Shown here: in pieces, positions 23,560-34,547 of the stretch
Layout of the letters: each line of letters opens with the position of its first letter
Numbering within the stretch: the first letter of the stretch is position 1
Assembly: GCF_003334815.1 (NCBI RefSeq)
Contig: NZ_QOWO01000026.1
From: Escherichia coli
GTDB lineage: Bacteria; Pseudomonadota; Gammaproteobacteria; Enterobacterales; Enterobacteriaceae
Reading direction: 5' to 3' (one strand)
DNA: 62,123 nt
Made by a program: the position numbers and the translations under genes
The notes under the pieces: model-generated
Database searches by the model: none
The model's input: only the letters and a program-made list of their open reading frames with translations
Told to the model about the DNA's origin: nothing

Positions 23560-25077
23560 ATGTCTGAACAACACGCACAGGGCGCTGACGCGGTAGTCGA
23601 TCTTAACAATGAACTGAAAACGCGTCGTGAGAAGCTGGCGAACCTGCGCGAGCAGGGGATTGCCTTCCCGAACGATTTCCGTCGCGATCATACCTCTGAC
23701 CAATTGCACGCAGAATTCGACGGCAAAGAGAACGAAGAACTGGAAGCGCTGAACATCGAAGTCGCCGTTGCTGGCCGCATGATGACCCGTCGTATTATGG
23801 GTAAAGCGTCTTTCGTTACCCTGCAGGACGTTGGCGGTCGCATTCAGCTGTACGTTGCCCGTGACGATCTCCCGGAAGGCGTTTATAACGAGCAGTTCAA
23901 AAAATGGGACCTCGGCGACATCCTCGGCGCGAAAGGTAAGCTGTTCAAAACCAAAACCGGCGAACTGTCTATCCACTGCACCGAGTTGCGTCTGCTGACC
24001 AAAGCACTGCGTCCGCTGCCGGATAAATTCCACGGCTTGCAGGATCAGGAAGCGCGCTATCGTCAGCGTTATCTCGATCTCATCTCCAACGATGAATCCC
24101 GCAACACCTTTAAAGTGCGCTCGCAGATCCTCTCTGGTATTCGCCAGTTCATGGTGAACCGCGGCTTTATGGAAGTTGAAACGCCGATGATGCAGGTGAT
24201 CCCTGGCGGTGCCGCTGCGCGTCCGTTTATCACCCACCATAACGCGCTGGATCTCGACATGTACCTGCGTATCGCGCCGGAACTGTACCTCAAGCGTCTG
24301 GTGGTTGGTGGCTTCGAGCGTGTATTCGAAATCAACCGTAACTTCCGTAACGAAGGTATTTCCGTACGTCATAACCCAGAGTTCACCATGATGGAACTCT
24401 ACATGGCTTACGCAGATTACAAAGATCTGATCGAGCTGACCGAATCGCTGTTCCGTACTCTGGCACAGGATATTCTCGGTAAGACGGAAGTGACCTACGG
24501 CGACGTGACGCTGGACTTCGGTAAACCGTTCGAAAAACTGACCATGCGTGAAGCGATCAAGAAATATCGCCCGGAAACCGACATGGCGGATCTGGACAAC
24601 TTCGACTCTGCGAAAGCAATTGCTGAATCTATCGGCATCCACGTTGAGAAGAGCTGGGGTCTGGGCCGTATCGTTACCGAGATCTTCGAAGAAGTGGCAG
24701 AAGCACATCTGATTCAGCCGACCTTCATTACTGAATATCCGGCAGAAGTTTCTCCGCTGGCGCGTCGTAACGACGTTAACCCGGAAATCACAGACCGCTT
24801 TGAGTTCTTCATTGGTGGTCGTGAAATCGGTAACGGCTTTAGCGAGCTGAATGACGCGGAAGATCAGGCGCAACGCTTCCTGGATCAGGTTGCCGCGAAA
24901 GACGCAGGTGACGACGAAGCGATGTTCTACGATGAAGATTACGTCACCGCACTGGAACATGGCTTACCGCCGACAGCAGGTCTGGGAATTGGTATCGACC
25001 GTATGGTAATGCTGTTCACCAACAGCCATACCATCCGCGACGTTATTCTGTTCCCGGCGATGCGTCCGGTAAAATAA
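23560..25077 (+). CDS. lysS: Lysine--tRNA ligase (constitutive)
   Basis: 505 aa; class II aaRS motifs; translationally close to prfB. Confidence 0.98.
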
Positions 25078-25095
25078 GCATTACGTTATGCTCAC

Positions 25096-25122
25096 AACCC
25101 CGGCAAATGTCGGGGTTTTTTT
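25096..25122. terminator. Terminator after lysS, overlapping the idi stop codon
   Basis: aaccccg-gcaaatgt-cggggtt followed by TTTTTTT. Confidence 0.85.
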
Positions 25123-25669
25123 ATTTAAGCTGGGTAAATGCAGATAATCGTTTTCTGGCTTCGCGATTTGTCGCCTGCATCACCATCCACGGACTGAACG
25201 CCCACGGCGTGGCATCAATACCGTGTAATACATCTGCTAAATCACACCATTGATAATCCATCACTTCATCATCATTGATCTGTAACGCACTAGTGGTGCG
25301 TGCGGCAAATACCGGACACACTTCATTTTCCACAATGCCACTCGGATCGGTGGCGCGGTAGCGAAAGTCAGGATAGATAGATTCAGGAGGCGTAATTTCC
25401 ACGCCAAGCTCATAACGGCAACGGCGGATCACTGCGTCTTCGTTGCTTTCTCCCAGTTGTGGGTGCCCACAAACCGAGTTAGTCCACACGCCAGGCCATG
25501 CTTTTTTGCTCAGTGCGCGGCGGGTAACTAATAATTGTCCTTTGGCATTAAACAGCCAACTGGAGAACGCGAGATGTAAGCGGGTGTCTGCCGTGTGTGC
25601 GGCATACTTTTCCAGCGTACCCGTGGGAACTCCCTGTGCATTCAATAAAATGACGTGTTCCGTTTGCAT
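25121..25669 (-). CDS. idi: Isopentenyl-diphosphate delta-isomerase (type 1)
   Basis: 182-aa [28 protein letters not shown]; Nudix-like fold. Confidence 0.97.
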   Translation of the reverse strand: MQTEHVILLNAQGVPTGTLEKYAAHTADTRLHLAFSSWLFNAKGQLLVTRRALSKKAWPGVWTNSVCGHPQLGESNEDAVIRRCRYELGVEITPPESIYPDFRYRATDPSGIVENEVCPVFAARTTSALQINDDEVMDYQWCDLADVLHGIDATPWAFSPWMVMQATNREARKRLSAFTQLK

Positions 25670-25791
25670 AATTTCTCACATGTAATTCTGATCACTCATC
25701 ATTATAGATAATTGAAGAGTGAAATGATTAACCAAGTGAGCGTTTATCGACAACCGCCCGTTTTGAGCGGATGCCGACAGGTAAAAACCAT

Positions 25792-25917
25792 TTAAAAAAG
25801 TAGCATCATATATTTGAAGCGACTTTCAATGGCCATTGCAACACAGTCAGAAATGACAGGAATAGAGAGAGTAAAAAGCAACAACAGACTGAATATAGCG
25901 CGCATTAAAAAATTCAT
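25792..25917 (-). CDS. yqfG: Small hydrophobic protein, 41 aa (MNFLMRAIFSLLLLFTLSIPVISDCVAMAIESRFKYMMLLF)
   Basis: Hand translation. The ATG lies 2 nt after the uacT stop and the N-terminus looks like a signal peptide or lipoprotein signal. I recall a K-12 small ORF yqfG at this position, but I cannot verify that it is coding. Confidence 0.45.
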   Translation of the reverse strand: MNFLMRAIFSLLLLFTLSIPVISDCVAMAIESRFKYMMLLF

Positions 25918-25918
25918 A

Positions 25919-27367
25919 TTATTCTCCATGCTCATTTTTCTTCAGCTTGCGCATCAGAAGCCACATACGTACTGTCCTGACTTTTAAATCTTTATCAGAG
26001 ACGGATTCCTTCACCAGGTCAGCATGATGCTGATAGCCATTAAAGAAGACGTTCAGCACAACGGCGCTAAGGGTTGCGAGCATAATGCCGCTATGTAGCA
26101 GCGGTTGCAGTACGGCCGGTAACTTAGAAAAGAAATCGTGAGAGAGCGTCGGAGTCATGCCAACGCCGAGACTGATCGCCACAATATAGAGGTTGTAACG
26201 GTTGGTGGTGTAGTTACAGCGCGACAGAATTCGAATCCCTGTCGCCAGTACCATGCCGAACATCACTAGACCAGCGCCGCCCAGCACAAATTGCGGAATG
26301 GAGGCTACCAGCACCGCCATTTTTGGCACCATGCCAAACAGGATTAATATAATTCCCGAAGAAATACACACCCAGCGGCTATGAACGCGCGTCACGCTAA
26401 CCAGGCCAACGTTTTGAGAAAATGACGTGTGGGGGAAGCTGTTAAACGTGCCGCCTATCATTGTCCCTACGCCATCGACACGCAGCCCGCGAATAATATC
26501 GTGCGAAGAGAGTTTACGACCGACTATTTCACCCAGTGCCAGGAACATCCCCATCGACTCGATAAACACGATGATTAACACGGCAGTCATGGTCAGAATG
26601 GAAACGGGATCGAAAATCGGCATACCAAACGACATCGGCGTAACAATCGCAAACCATGAAGCATCATGTAGCCCGGATAAATTGACTTCATTCATCATCC
26701 ACGAAAGTAAAAAGCCAAATACAATCCCCAGTAATACGGCGACGTTGGACATAAATCCTTTCGCATAGCGAGTAATGAGCAAGATAAAAATTAAGACGGC
26801 AAAGGAGATACCTAAATAAACGGGATTACCATATTGCGGATTCCCTTTACCTCCGGCGGCCCAGTCAATACCCACCTGAATGATGCTAAGCCCGATAGAA
26901 GTAATAACCACACCGGTAACCAGTGGCGGGAATAAAGGCATCAAGCGACCGATAAGTGGCGCTAATAATGTGGTGATAAAACCCGCGGCGATAGTGGCAC
27001 CAAATATCCCCAGCAGGCCGATATCCGGGTTCATCCCAATGGCTATCATTGGTGTTACAGCAGCAAAGGTCACCGACATAATCACCGGCAGGCGGATCCC
27101 CATAAAGCGGCCGATACCGATACATTGCAATAATGTGACGATCCCGCAGCAAAAGAGATCCGAGCTAATGAGCATCGCAATAGCTTCTTTTGAGAGGCCC
27201 AGTCGGTCACCAATCATAAGAGGAACAGCGACTGCACCTGCGTACATGACAAGGACGTGTTGCAGACCGAGTATGATCAGCTTTCCTGGTGATAATATGC
27301 GGTCAACCTCATCAGTTGGGCGGTCTTGCCCAGAAGATGAGGGAAGTTGGGAATCTATGGCGCTCAT
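25919..27367 (-). CDS. uacT: Uric acid:H+ symporter (NCS2/NAT family)
   Basis: 482 aa from MSAIDSQLPSSSGQDRP; multi-TM; NAT signature region; the track ORF has 43 extra N-terminal codons. Confidence 0.95.
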   Translation of the reverse strand: MSAIDSQLPSSSGQDRPTDEVDRILSPGKLIILGLQHVLVMYAGAVAVPLMIGDRLGLSKEAIAMLISSDLFCCGIVTLLQCIGIGRFMGIRLPVIMSVTFAAVTPMIAIGMNPDIGLLGIFGATIAAGFITTLLAPLIGRLMPLFPPLVTGVVITSIGLSIIQVGIDWAAGGKGNPQYGNPVYLGISFAVLIFILLITRYAKGFMSNVAVLLGIVFGFLLSWMMNEVNLSGLHDASWFAIVTPMSFGMPIFDPVSILTMTAVLIIVFIESMGMFLALGEIVGRKLSSHDIIRGLRVDGVGTMIGGTFNSFPHTSFSQNVGLVSVTRVHSRWVCISSGIILILFGMVPKMAVLVASIPQFVLGGAGLVMFGMVLATGIRILSRCNYTTNRYNLYIVAISLGVGMTPTLSHDFFSKLPAVLQPLLHSGIMLATLSAVVLNVFFNGYQHHADLVKESVSDKDLKVRTVRMWLLMRKLKKNEHGE

Positions 27368-27435
27368 CAGTGTTTCTCCTTTCGCCCGCCAGAGTAAAAA
27401 GCAACCGTTTACGTTAATGAAACTGTCTAAACACA

Positions 27436-27451
27436 TGCTCGTGGAGTGCCA
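27436..27451 (-). promoter_or_regulatory. Candidate sigma54 promoter upstream of uacT
   Basis: Minus strand reads TGGCACTCCACGAGCA. GG-N10-GC spacing is correct and the -24 element TGGCAC is perfect, but the -12 element is GAGC rather than TTGC. It lies about 70 nt upstream of the ATG. Confidence 0.35.
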
Positions 27452-27802
27452 GTTTTTGCGAGGAAGGGGAGTTAGAGACAGGAATTGCGGAGGCAATCAC
27501 ATAATCGTGGTTAAACCACGAAAATGAGAATAGAACCTGACAATGGAATTATCTGTAATTTTCTCATATTGATATTTCATTAATCATTCTGGCATGTCGC
27601 ACTCTCGCATTTAATCGTTTTTATCTGGATAGCGCTCTTTTGATCGGCAATGTTGAAATAATGAAAGCGGCATAGATTGAGGGGCAATAATTTGAACTCA
27701 GTCGCAAAATTATAATTAAAACGGTCATGCTACCTAATATATGCCCGTTTATTGCATCGCGAAATTTGAGAAGACATAACTCATTAAATGAAAGGGATGC
27801 AA

Positions 27803-29722
27803 ATGAATAAGTTTATTGCTGCTGAAGCTGCGGAATGTATAGGCTGTCATGCTTGTGAAATTGCCTGTGCGGTGGCACACAATCAAGAAAACTGGCCGCT
27901 GAGTCACAGTGACTTTCGACCGCGTATCCACGTTGTAGGGAAAGGCCAGGCTGCGAATCCGGTGGCCTGCCATCACTGCAACAATGCCCCTTGCGTTACG
28001 GCTTGTCCGGTTAATGCTCTGACTTTCCAGTCCGATAGCGTACAACTGGACGAGCAAAAATGTATTGGTTGTAAAAGATGCGCAATCGCTTGCCCCTTTG
28101 GCGTCGTTGAGATGGTCGATACGATTGCGCAGAAATGCGACCTTTGTAACCAGCGCAGTTCCGGCACGCAAGCCTGTATTGAAGTTTGCCCAACACAGGC
28201 GTTACGACTGATGGACGATAAAGGGTTGCAGCAGATAAAGGTGGCCCGCCAGCGCAAAACGGCAGCAGGAAAAGCGTCATCAGACGCTCAGCCATCTCGC
28301 AGTGCAGCGTTGCTCCCCGTTAACTCGCGTAAAGGCGCAGATAAAATTTCAGCGAGTGAACGGAAAACCCACTTTGGCGAAATATATTGCGGGCTGGATC
28401 CACAACAAGCGACTTATGAGAGTGACCGCTGTGTTTATTGTGCCGAAAAAGCTAACTGCAACTGGCATTGCCCGCTGCATAACGCTATTCCGGATTACAT
28501 CCGTCTGGTACAGGAAGGAAAGATTATTGAAGCGGCAGAACTTTGCCACCAGACCAGTTCCTTACCAGAAATTTGCGGCAGGGTATGTCCACAGGACCGT
28601 CTTTGTGAAGGCGCATGTACTTTGAAAGATCACTCGGGCGCAGTCTCTATCGGTAATCTGGAACGCTACATCACCGATACCGCGCTGGCGATGGGCTGGC
28701 GTCCCGATGTCAGCAAAGTTGTTCCCCGTAGCGAAAAAGTGGCGGTGATTGGCGCTGGGCCTGCAGGGTTAGGGTGTGCTGATATTCTGGCGCGCGCAGG
28801 AGTTCAGGTCGATGTCTTTGATCGCCATCCAGAAATTGGCGGTATGCTGACTTTTGGCATTCCTCCTTTCAAACTCGATAAAACGGTATTAAGCCAGCGG
28901 CGAGAGATATTCACCGCAATGGGAATCGACTTTCATCTTAACTGTGAAATTGGCCGCGATATTACCTTTAGCGATTTAACTTCTGAATATGATGCAGTTT
29001 TCATCGGCGTGGGGACTTACGGGATGATGCGAGCAGATCTGCCGCATGAAGATGCGCCCGGTGTCATTCAGGCTCTACCGTTCCTGACTGCCCATACCCG
29101 CCAGCTCATGGGATTGCCGGAGTCTGAAGAGTATCCGCTGACGGACGTGGAAGGTAAGCGAGTCGTGGTATTGGGCGGTGGCGATACGACAATGGATTGT
29201 TTGCGGACTTCCATCCGCCTCAATGCCGCCAGCGTGACCTGCGCGTATCGTCGTGATGAAGTCAGTATGCCGGGCTCGCGCAAAGAGGTGGTTAATGCGC
29301 GCGAGGAAGGTGTCGAGTTTCAGTTCAATGTTCAACCGCAATATATCGCTTGTGACGAAGATGGGCGTTTAACTGCGGTGGGCCTGATTCGTACCGCCAT
29401 GGGTGAGCCGGGGCCGGATGGTCGCCGTCGTCCTCGTCCGGTAGCGGGTTCAGAGTTTGAATTGCCCGCCGATGTTCTGATTATGGCCTTTGGTTTCCAG
29501 GCGCATGCCATGCCGTGGTTGCAGGGCAGCGGAATTAAACTCGATAAATGGGGCCTGATTCAAACCGGTGACGTCGGGTATTTACCTACCCAGACGCATC
29601 TGAAAAAAGTCTTTGCTGGTGGTGATGCAGTTCATGGCGCGGATCTGGTTGTCACTGCAATGGCCGCAGGAAGGCAGGCGGCGCGCGATATGTTAACTCT
29701 GTTTGATACGAAGGCATCGTGA
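27803..29722 (+). CDS. ygfT: Fe-S plus NAD(P)/FAD-binding oxidoreductase (GltD/AegA-like)
   Basis: 639 aa from [18 protein letters not shown]; N-terminal 4Fe-4S ferredoxin Cys clusters; [11 protein letters not shown] dinucleotide fold. Confidence 0.93.
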
Positions 29723-30210
29723 TGAAATCGTTAATTATCGTTAATCCGGCTGACTGTATTGGCTGCCGTACTTGTGAAGTAGCCTGTGTGGTCGCTCACC
29801 CTTCAGAACAGGAGTTGAATGCCGATGTCTTTTTACCCCGGCTGAAGGTACAGCGACTGGACAGCATCAGTGCGCCGGTGATGTGCCATCAGTGTGAAAA
29901 CGCCCCTTGTGTTGGCGCTTGCCCCGTGGGGGCGCTGACGATGGGCGAGCAGGTGGTGCAGACCAATTCTGCCCGTTGTATTGGCTGTCAGAGTTGCGTC
30001 AGTGCGTGCCCGTTTGGAATGATCACCATTCAGTCGTTGCCGGGGGATACCCGACAACAAATTGTGAAATGCGATCTCTGTGAACAGCGGGAAGAGGGGC
30101 CAGCCTGCGTTGAATCTTGCCCAACACAGGCGCTGCAGTTGCTTACTGAAAGAGAACTCAGGCGAGTCCGCCAGCAGCGTATTGTTGCCAGCGGTGAGAA
30201 TCCTCTCTGA
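29722..30210 (+). CDS. ygfS: 4Fe-4S ferredoxin-type electron transfer protein
   Basis: 162 aa; four CxxCxxCxxxCP-type clusters; the ATG overlaps the ygfT TGA (TGATG). Confidence 0.92.
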
Positions 30211-30245
30211 AAGAAATCTCCGCGCTGAAAGGCGCGGAGAATCTA

Positions 30246-31613
30246 TTAGATTGCCCAACCACCCGCGTAAAATGCGACCAGTGCGGCAGTAATGATCACC
30301 GTACCAATATTCAGCTTTTGCCATTCGCGTGCAAAGACGCGGCCTACGACCAGTGTCACAAAGCCCAGCATAATACCGGTAACGATATTACAAGTCAGAA
30401 CGATGAACACGGCACACACCAGGCCAGCCATAGCGTCAATAAAATCATTGAAATCCAGCTTCGAGACGTTACTTAACATCAGCAAACCTACGTACATCAG
30501 AGCGGGTGCAGTGGCGTAACCAGGGATCAAAAATGACAGCGGTGATAAAAACAGAATTAACAGGAATAACGCCCCCACTACGGTTGCGGTTAAACCTGTT
30601 TTACCCCCGGCGGCGGTTCCTGCCGCTGATTCGATATAAACCGCTGCGGGCGCTGCGCCCACCAGGCCGGAGAATATTGAACTTACTGAGTCACTGGTCA
30701 GGGCTTTGCCGCCGTTGATGATCTGGTTGTCTTTATCCAACAAATTCGCCTGACCGGCGACGGCACGGATGGTGCCAGTAGCGTCGAACACTGCGGTCAT
30801 CACCAATGCCAGTACACTCGGAAGTACAGTTGGCTGGAGTGCACCCATAATATCGAGGCTGAAAATCAGAGACTTACCATCTTCGCCAGTCAGGCTTGGC
30901 ATCGCCACCAGACCGTGGTATTTCACCGCTGGGTCAAAGATTAAGCCGATGATCGAAATTGCAATAATCACCAACAAGATCCCGCCGGGTACGCGACACT
31001 TCTCCAGGCCGAAGATGACCGCCAGCCCCAGCAAGCTCATCATCACCGGGAAGGAGGTAAACGCACCGAGCGCCACTGGCAAGCCTTCAATCGGGTTTTT
31101 GATAACCATACCCACACCGTTAGCAGCAATCAGCAGCAGAAACAGCCCGATACCGATACCTGTACCGTGAGCGATACCCATCGGCAAATTACGTAAGATC
31201 CAGGTACGCACACCGGTTACGGAAATGGCGGTGAAGATGACGCCCATCAGAAATACCGCGCCCAGTGCGACAGGAACGCTAATTTGTTGCCCGAGTACCA
31301 GACTGAATGCGGTAAACGCCGTCAAGGAAATCGCGCAACCAATCGCCATTGGCAAATTAGCCCATAATCCCATCAGCAACGAGCCGAAGCCCGCGACCAG
31401 ACAGGTGGCAACAAACACAGCTGCGGGAGGAAAACCTGCTTTGCCCAGCATTCCCGGAACGACGATAACGGAATAAACCATGGCCAGAAAGGTCGTTAAG
31501 CCAGCCAGTACTTCCTGACGAACGGTACTGCCACGAGCGGTAATTTTAAAATAATTATCCAGCGCGCCCTGTGGCTTTGGTGCGTCCGGTGTTTGTAGGA
31601 TGTCTCCAGACAT
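30246..31613 (-). CDS. ghxQ: Guanine/hypoxanthine permease (AzgA/NCS2 family)
   Basis: 455-aa multi-TM ORF. Confidence 0.94.
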   Translation of the reverse strand: MSGDILQTPDAPKPQGALDNYFKITARGSTVRQEVLAGLTTFLAMVYSVIVVPGMLGKAGFPPAAVFVATCLVAGFGSLLMGLWANLPMAIGCAISLTAFTAFSLVLGQQISVPVALGAVFLMGVIFTAISVTGVRTWILRNLPMGIAHGTGIGIGLFLLLIAANGVGMVIKNPIEGLPVALGAFTSFPVMMSLLGLAVIFGLEKCRVPGGILLVIIAISIIGLIFDPAVKYHGLVAMPSLTGEDGKSLIFSLDIMGALQPTVLPSVLALVMTAVFDATGTIRAVAGQANLLDKDNQIINGGKALTSDSVSSIFSGLVGAAPAAVYIESAAGTAAGGKTGLTATVVGALFLLILFLSPLSFLIPGYATAPALMYVGLLMLSNVSKLDFNDFIDAMAGLVCAVFIVLTCNIVTGIMLGFVTLVVGRVFAREWQKLNIGTVIITAALVAFYAGGWAI

Positions 31614-31648
31614 AATGATGTCCTCACGAGGATGTTAAAGTTTTATTA

Positions 31649-32968
31649 TTAGTTGCGTTCGTACACCAGACGACCATCAACGTAGGTGCGGTAGATCGAA
31701 CGGTCATCGCCCAACGTCATCATCACGAACAATTTGTCGACTAAAGAAACAGAGTTGTCATAGCGCAGCTGCTGTAGCGGAGTGGCGGTGGGTTCCATCA
31801 CCACGAAATCAGCCTCTTTGCCAGGTAAAAAGTTGCCAATCAAATCGTCAAGGCCCAGAGATTTCGCTCCGCCGAGCGTGGCCAGGTAAAACGCTTCATA
31901 TGCCGAGAGGCGATAGCCTTGTAATTGCAATACTTTGTAGGCTTCGTTCAGCGTTTGCAGCATGTTGAAAGTGGTTCCGGCACCGATATCCGTTCCCATG
32001 CCCACTTTAACTTTCTTCTGCCATGCTTTTTTCAAGTTGAATAAGCCGCTGCCGAGGTAAAGGTTGGAGGTCGGACAGAAAGCAATGCTGGATTTGGTTT
32101 CGCTGAGACGATCCCACTCTTTTTCTTCGAGATGGACGCAGTGAGCAAAGACACAGTTTTTACCGGTCAGGCCGTACTGATGGTAAACATCCAGATAACC
32201 ATCATGGTCAGGATAAAGCGATTTCACCCAGGCAATTTCATCTTTGTTTTCACAGAGATGGGTATGTACCCACGTATCCGGATATTCTTCTTTCAGGCGT
32301 TGCGCCATCGCCATCTGTTCAGGAGATGAGGTCGGGGCGAAGCGTGGCGTAATCGCATATAGCAGACGACCATTTTTGTGCCAGCGTTCGATCAGTTCTT
32401 TGCTTTGGTGATAGCTGCTTTCGGCAGTGTCGAGCAGATAATCCGGTGCGTTGCGGTCCATCATCACCTTACCGGCAATCATACGCATATTGATATGACT
32501 GGCGGCTTCAAACAGCGCATCAACAGATTGCGGATGAACAGTGCCAAACACCAGCGCCGTGGTGGTTCCGTTACGTAAAAGCTGCTTGATGAAGAACGCC
32601 GACATTTCGCGGGCGTACTCTAAATCCTCATAACGACGTTCAGTAGGGAAGGTGTGTTTATTCAACCACTCCAGCAATTGCTCACCATAGGCCCCCACCA
32701 TTTCACTTTGCGGATAATGGATATGTGTATCGACAAAGCCCGGTACTATCAGTTTGCCGCGATAGTCGCGCACGCGAATGGTGTCAGGAATTTGATGCTT
32801 TCCGTTTTCCCATTCGCCAAACCATTCCACTTTTCCCTGTTTAATGAGTAATAAACCATCCTCAATAAACCGCAGCGCAGAGGCAATCTCTTCCGGGTTA
32901 TCGATCGTACGGGTGACATCAATAAAACTGCCTCGTACCGCTTTTAACGTGTGTTCTCCTGACATCAT
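31649..32968 (-). CDS. guaD: Guanine deaminase
   Basis: 439 aa from MMSGEHTLKAVRGSF; amidohydrolase motif FVDTHIHYPQ; the track ORF is 40 codons too long. Confidence 0.96.
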   Translation of the reverse strand: MMSGEHTLKAVRGSFIDVTRTIDNPEEIASALRFIEDGLLLIKQGKVEWFGEWENGKHQIPDTIRVRDYRGKLIVPGFVDTHIHYPQSEMVGAYGEQLLEWLNKHTFPTERRYEDLEYAREMSAFFIKQLLRNGTTTALVFGTVHPQSVDALFEAASHINMRMIAGKVMMDRNAPDYLLDTAESSYHQSKELIERWHKNGRLLYAITPRFAPTSSPEQMAMAQRLKEEYPDTWVHTHLCENKDEIAWVKSLYPDHDGYLDVYHQYGLTGKNCVFAHCVHLEEKEWDRLSETKSSIAFCPTSNLYLGSGLFNLKKAWQKKVKVGMGTDIGAGTTFNMLQTLNEAYKVLQLQGYRLSAYEAFYLATLGGAKSLGLDDLIGNFLPGKEADFVVMEPTATPLQQLRYDNSVSLVDKLFVMMTLGDDRSIYRTYVDGRLVYERN

Positions 32969-32982
32969 TGACTCCTTTACTG

Positions 32983-34383
32983 TTAATCCATCTCTTCCGC
33001 TGAGGTAATACCAGGCAGAACGTTTTCCTGTCGGTAGCCACCAGGGAGGATAATATTTAATAAAATCGCAGTTAACCCGCCAGCACAAATAGGGTTTTCA
33101 ACTAATACATAAATAGAGGCTGGCAATATTTTAAAAATTTCGGGATCGTAGGAGACGCCAAGCCCTAAACCTAAAGAAGTGGCGACAATAAGTGTTTCAC
33201 GGCGCTTTAAACCGTTGGTGATGATGATGCGAATCCCTGCGATGGCAATCATGGAAAACATCAACGTCATTGCGCCTCCCAGAACTGCCGAGGGAATGGT
33301 CGTGAAGAAGCCGCCAATCATCGGAAATAAGCCGAGGATAACCAGCATTACCGCGATGGTTCGCCCGACATAACGTGAAGCGACGCCAGTCATCTGAATA
33401 ACCCCATTATTTTGCGCAAACGTGGTTAATGGTAATGAACCGACAGCGGAGGCGATAACAGAAACCAGACCATCTGCCAGCACGCCGCCTTTCAGCCGGG
33501 ACTGATACTCTTCCCCCTGAATGGGGCGGCGGGAAACCATTGCCGTGGCGGTGATATCGCCGACTGCTTCCAGCACGCTAAGCAGATAAATCGTGCCAAC
33601 CACCAGGAACTGATGGAAGCTAAAACTAAAGCCGTATTTGAACGGATGCGGGATGGTGATTAACGGCAAATTGCGCATACTGCTGAAATCCACCATGCCC
33701 AGGCATAACGATGCGATATAGCCGACACATAGCCCAATGGCGATCCCTCCCATGCGTAGCAACGGACTGCGACAGCAGTTAAAGCCGATCACCACAATTA
33801 AAACCAATAAACCAACGCCGAGATGTTCGTAATTGCCGAACGTACCGCTGCTTTTGGCTGCAAATCCTCCACCAAAATCGATAATGCCGACTTTAATCAG
33901 GCTTAAGCCGATCATCAGTACCACAATACCGCTGACGGTAGGCGTAATAACCCGACGTAAATAGGGCAAGATAAATGAAGATCCGACAACCAGAAATGCG
34001 CCAACGAAGGAGACGCCGAGAAGCGACGACATGATTAACTCTTCGTGAAAACCGTCGCTTTTCATGCTGCTGCCCAGCGCAATCATGACCGTAACAAATG
34101 AAAAATTGACTGACTGAATTGAGAGTAGGCCAGAACCGACGATGCCGTAGCGGTTTACTTGTAACCAGGTACCAATACCAGAGGCGATCATCGCCATAGA
34201 AACAAGATAGGCAGTTGTTTCAGCGGAAAGCTGTAAGGCCGCACCCACGATTAACGCGGGGGTTACCATCGGAACGAAAATTGCCAACAGATGGGTAATG
34301 GCACCAACGAGAGCCTGATGAAAGGGAGGGCGATCCTCCAGTTCAAATATAAGGTCAGAACCTGCATGGTTTATATCAGACAT
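32983..34383 (-). CDS. xanQ: Xanthine:H+ symporter (NAT family)
   Basis: 466 aa from MSDINHAGSDLIFELEDRPPF. Confidence 0.96.
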   Translation of the reverse strand: MSDINHAGSDLIFELEDRPPFHQALVGAITHLLAIFVPMVTPALIVGAALQLSAETTAYLVSMAMIASGIGTWLQVNRYGIVGSGLLSIQSVNFSFVTVMIALGSSMKSDGFHEELIMSSLLGVSFVGAFLVVGSSFILPYLRRVITPTVSGIVVLMIGLSLIKVGIIDFGGGFAAKSSGTFGNYEHLGVGLLVLIVVIGFNCCRSPLLRMGGIAIGLCVGYIASLCLGMVDFSSMRNLPLITIPHPFKYGFSFSFHQFLVVGTIYLLSVLEAVGDITATAMVSRRPIQGEEYQSRLKGGVLADGLVSVIASAVGSLPLTTFAQNNGVIQMTGVASRYVGRTIAVMLVILGLFPMIGGFFTTIPSAVLGGAMTLMFSMIAIAGIRIIITNGLKRRETLIVATSLGLGLGVSYDPEIFKILPASIYVLVENPICAGGLTAILLNIILPGGYRQENVLPGITSAEEMD

Positions 34384-34522
34384 CCCTTCACTCCTTTTAA
34401 AGTAAATTTGATCATCTGAATTAGTAAAATAAATTCCCACGAATTTGGGGCGCAGGACGCCTTGAGAACGGCTTATCTCATTTTCGCAGTCACTATTTAG
34501 TCATCGTTCAAACAGAGAAACA

Positions 34523-34538
34523 GGCCGCCGAAGCGGCC
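34523..34538 (-). terminator. Hairpin (possible attenuator or partial terminator) between xdhD and xanQ
   Basis: Minus strand ggccgc-ttcg-gcggcc followed by a U-rich tgtttctctgttt. Confidence 0.45.
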
Positions 34539-34547
34539 ATTTATTAT

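Noticed and set aside
23545-24960. 471-aa ORF antisense to lysS
   Set aside because: Shadow ORF on the strand opposite lysS; no independent start context or recognisable family.
27368-27496. N-terminal extensions in the ORF track, for example uacT +43 codons. Similar cases are pepP +71, guaD +40, xanQ +19, ssnA +22, xdhA +13, bglA +6, ygfT +5 and ygeR +8
   Set aside because: The internal starts have better SD spacing, give the protein lengths known for the E. coli orthologues, and avoid overlap with upstream genes or promoters.
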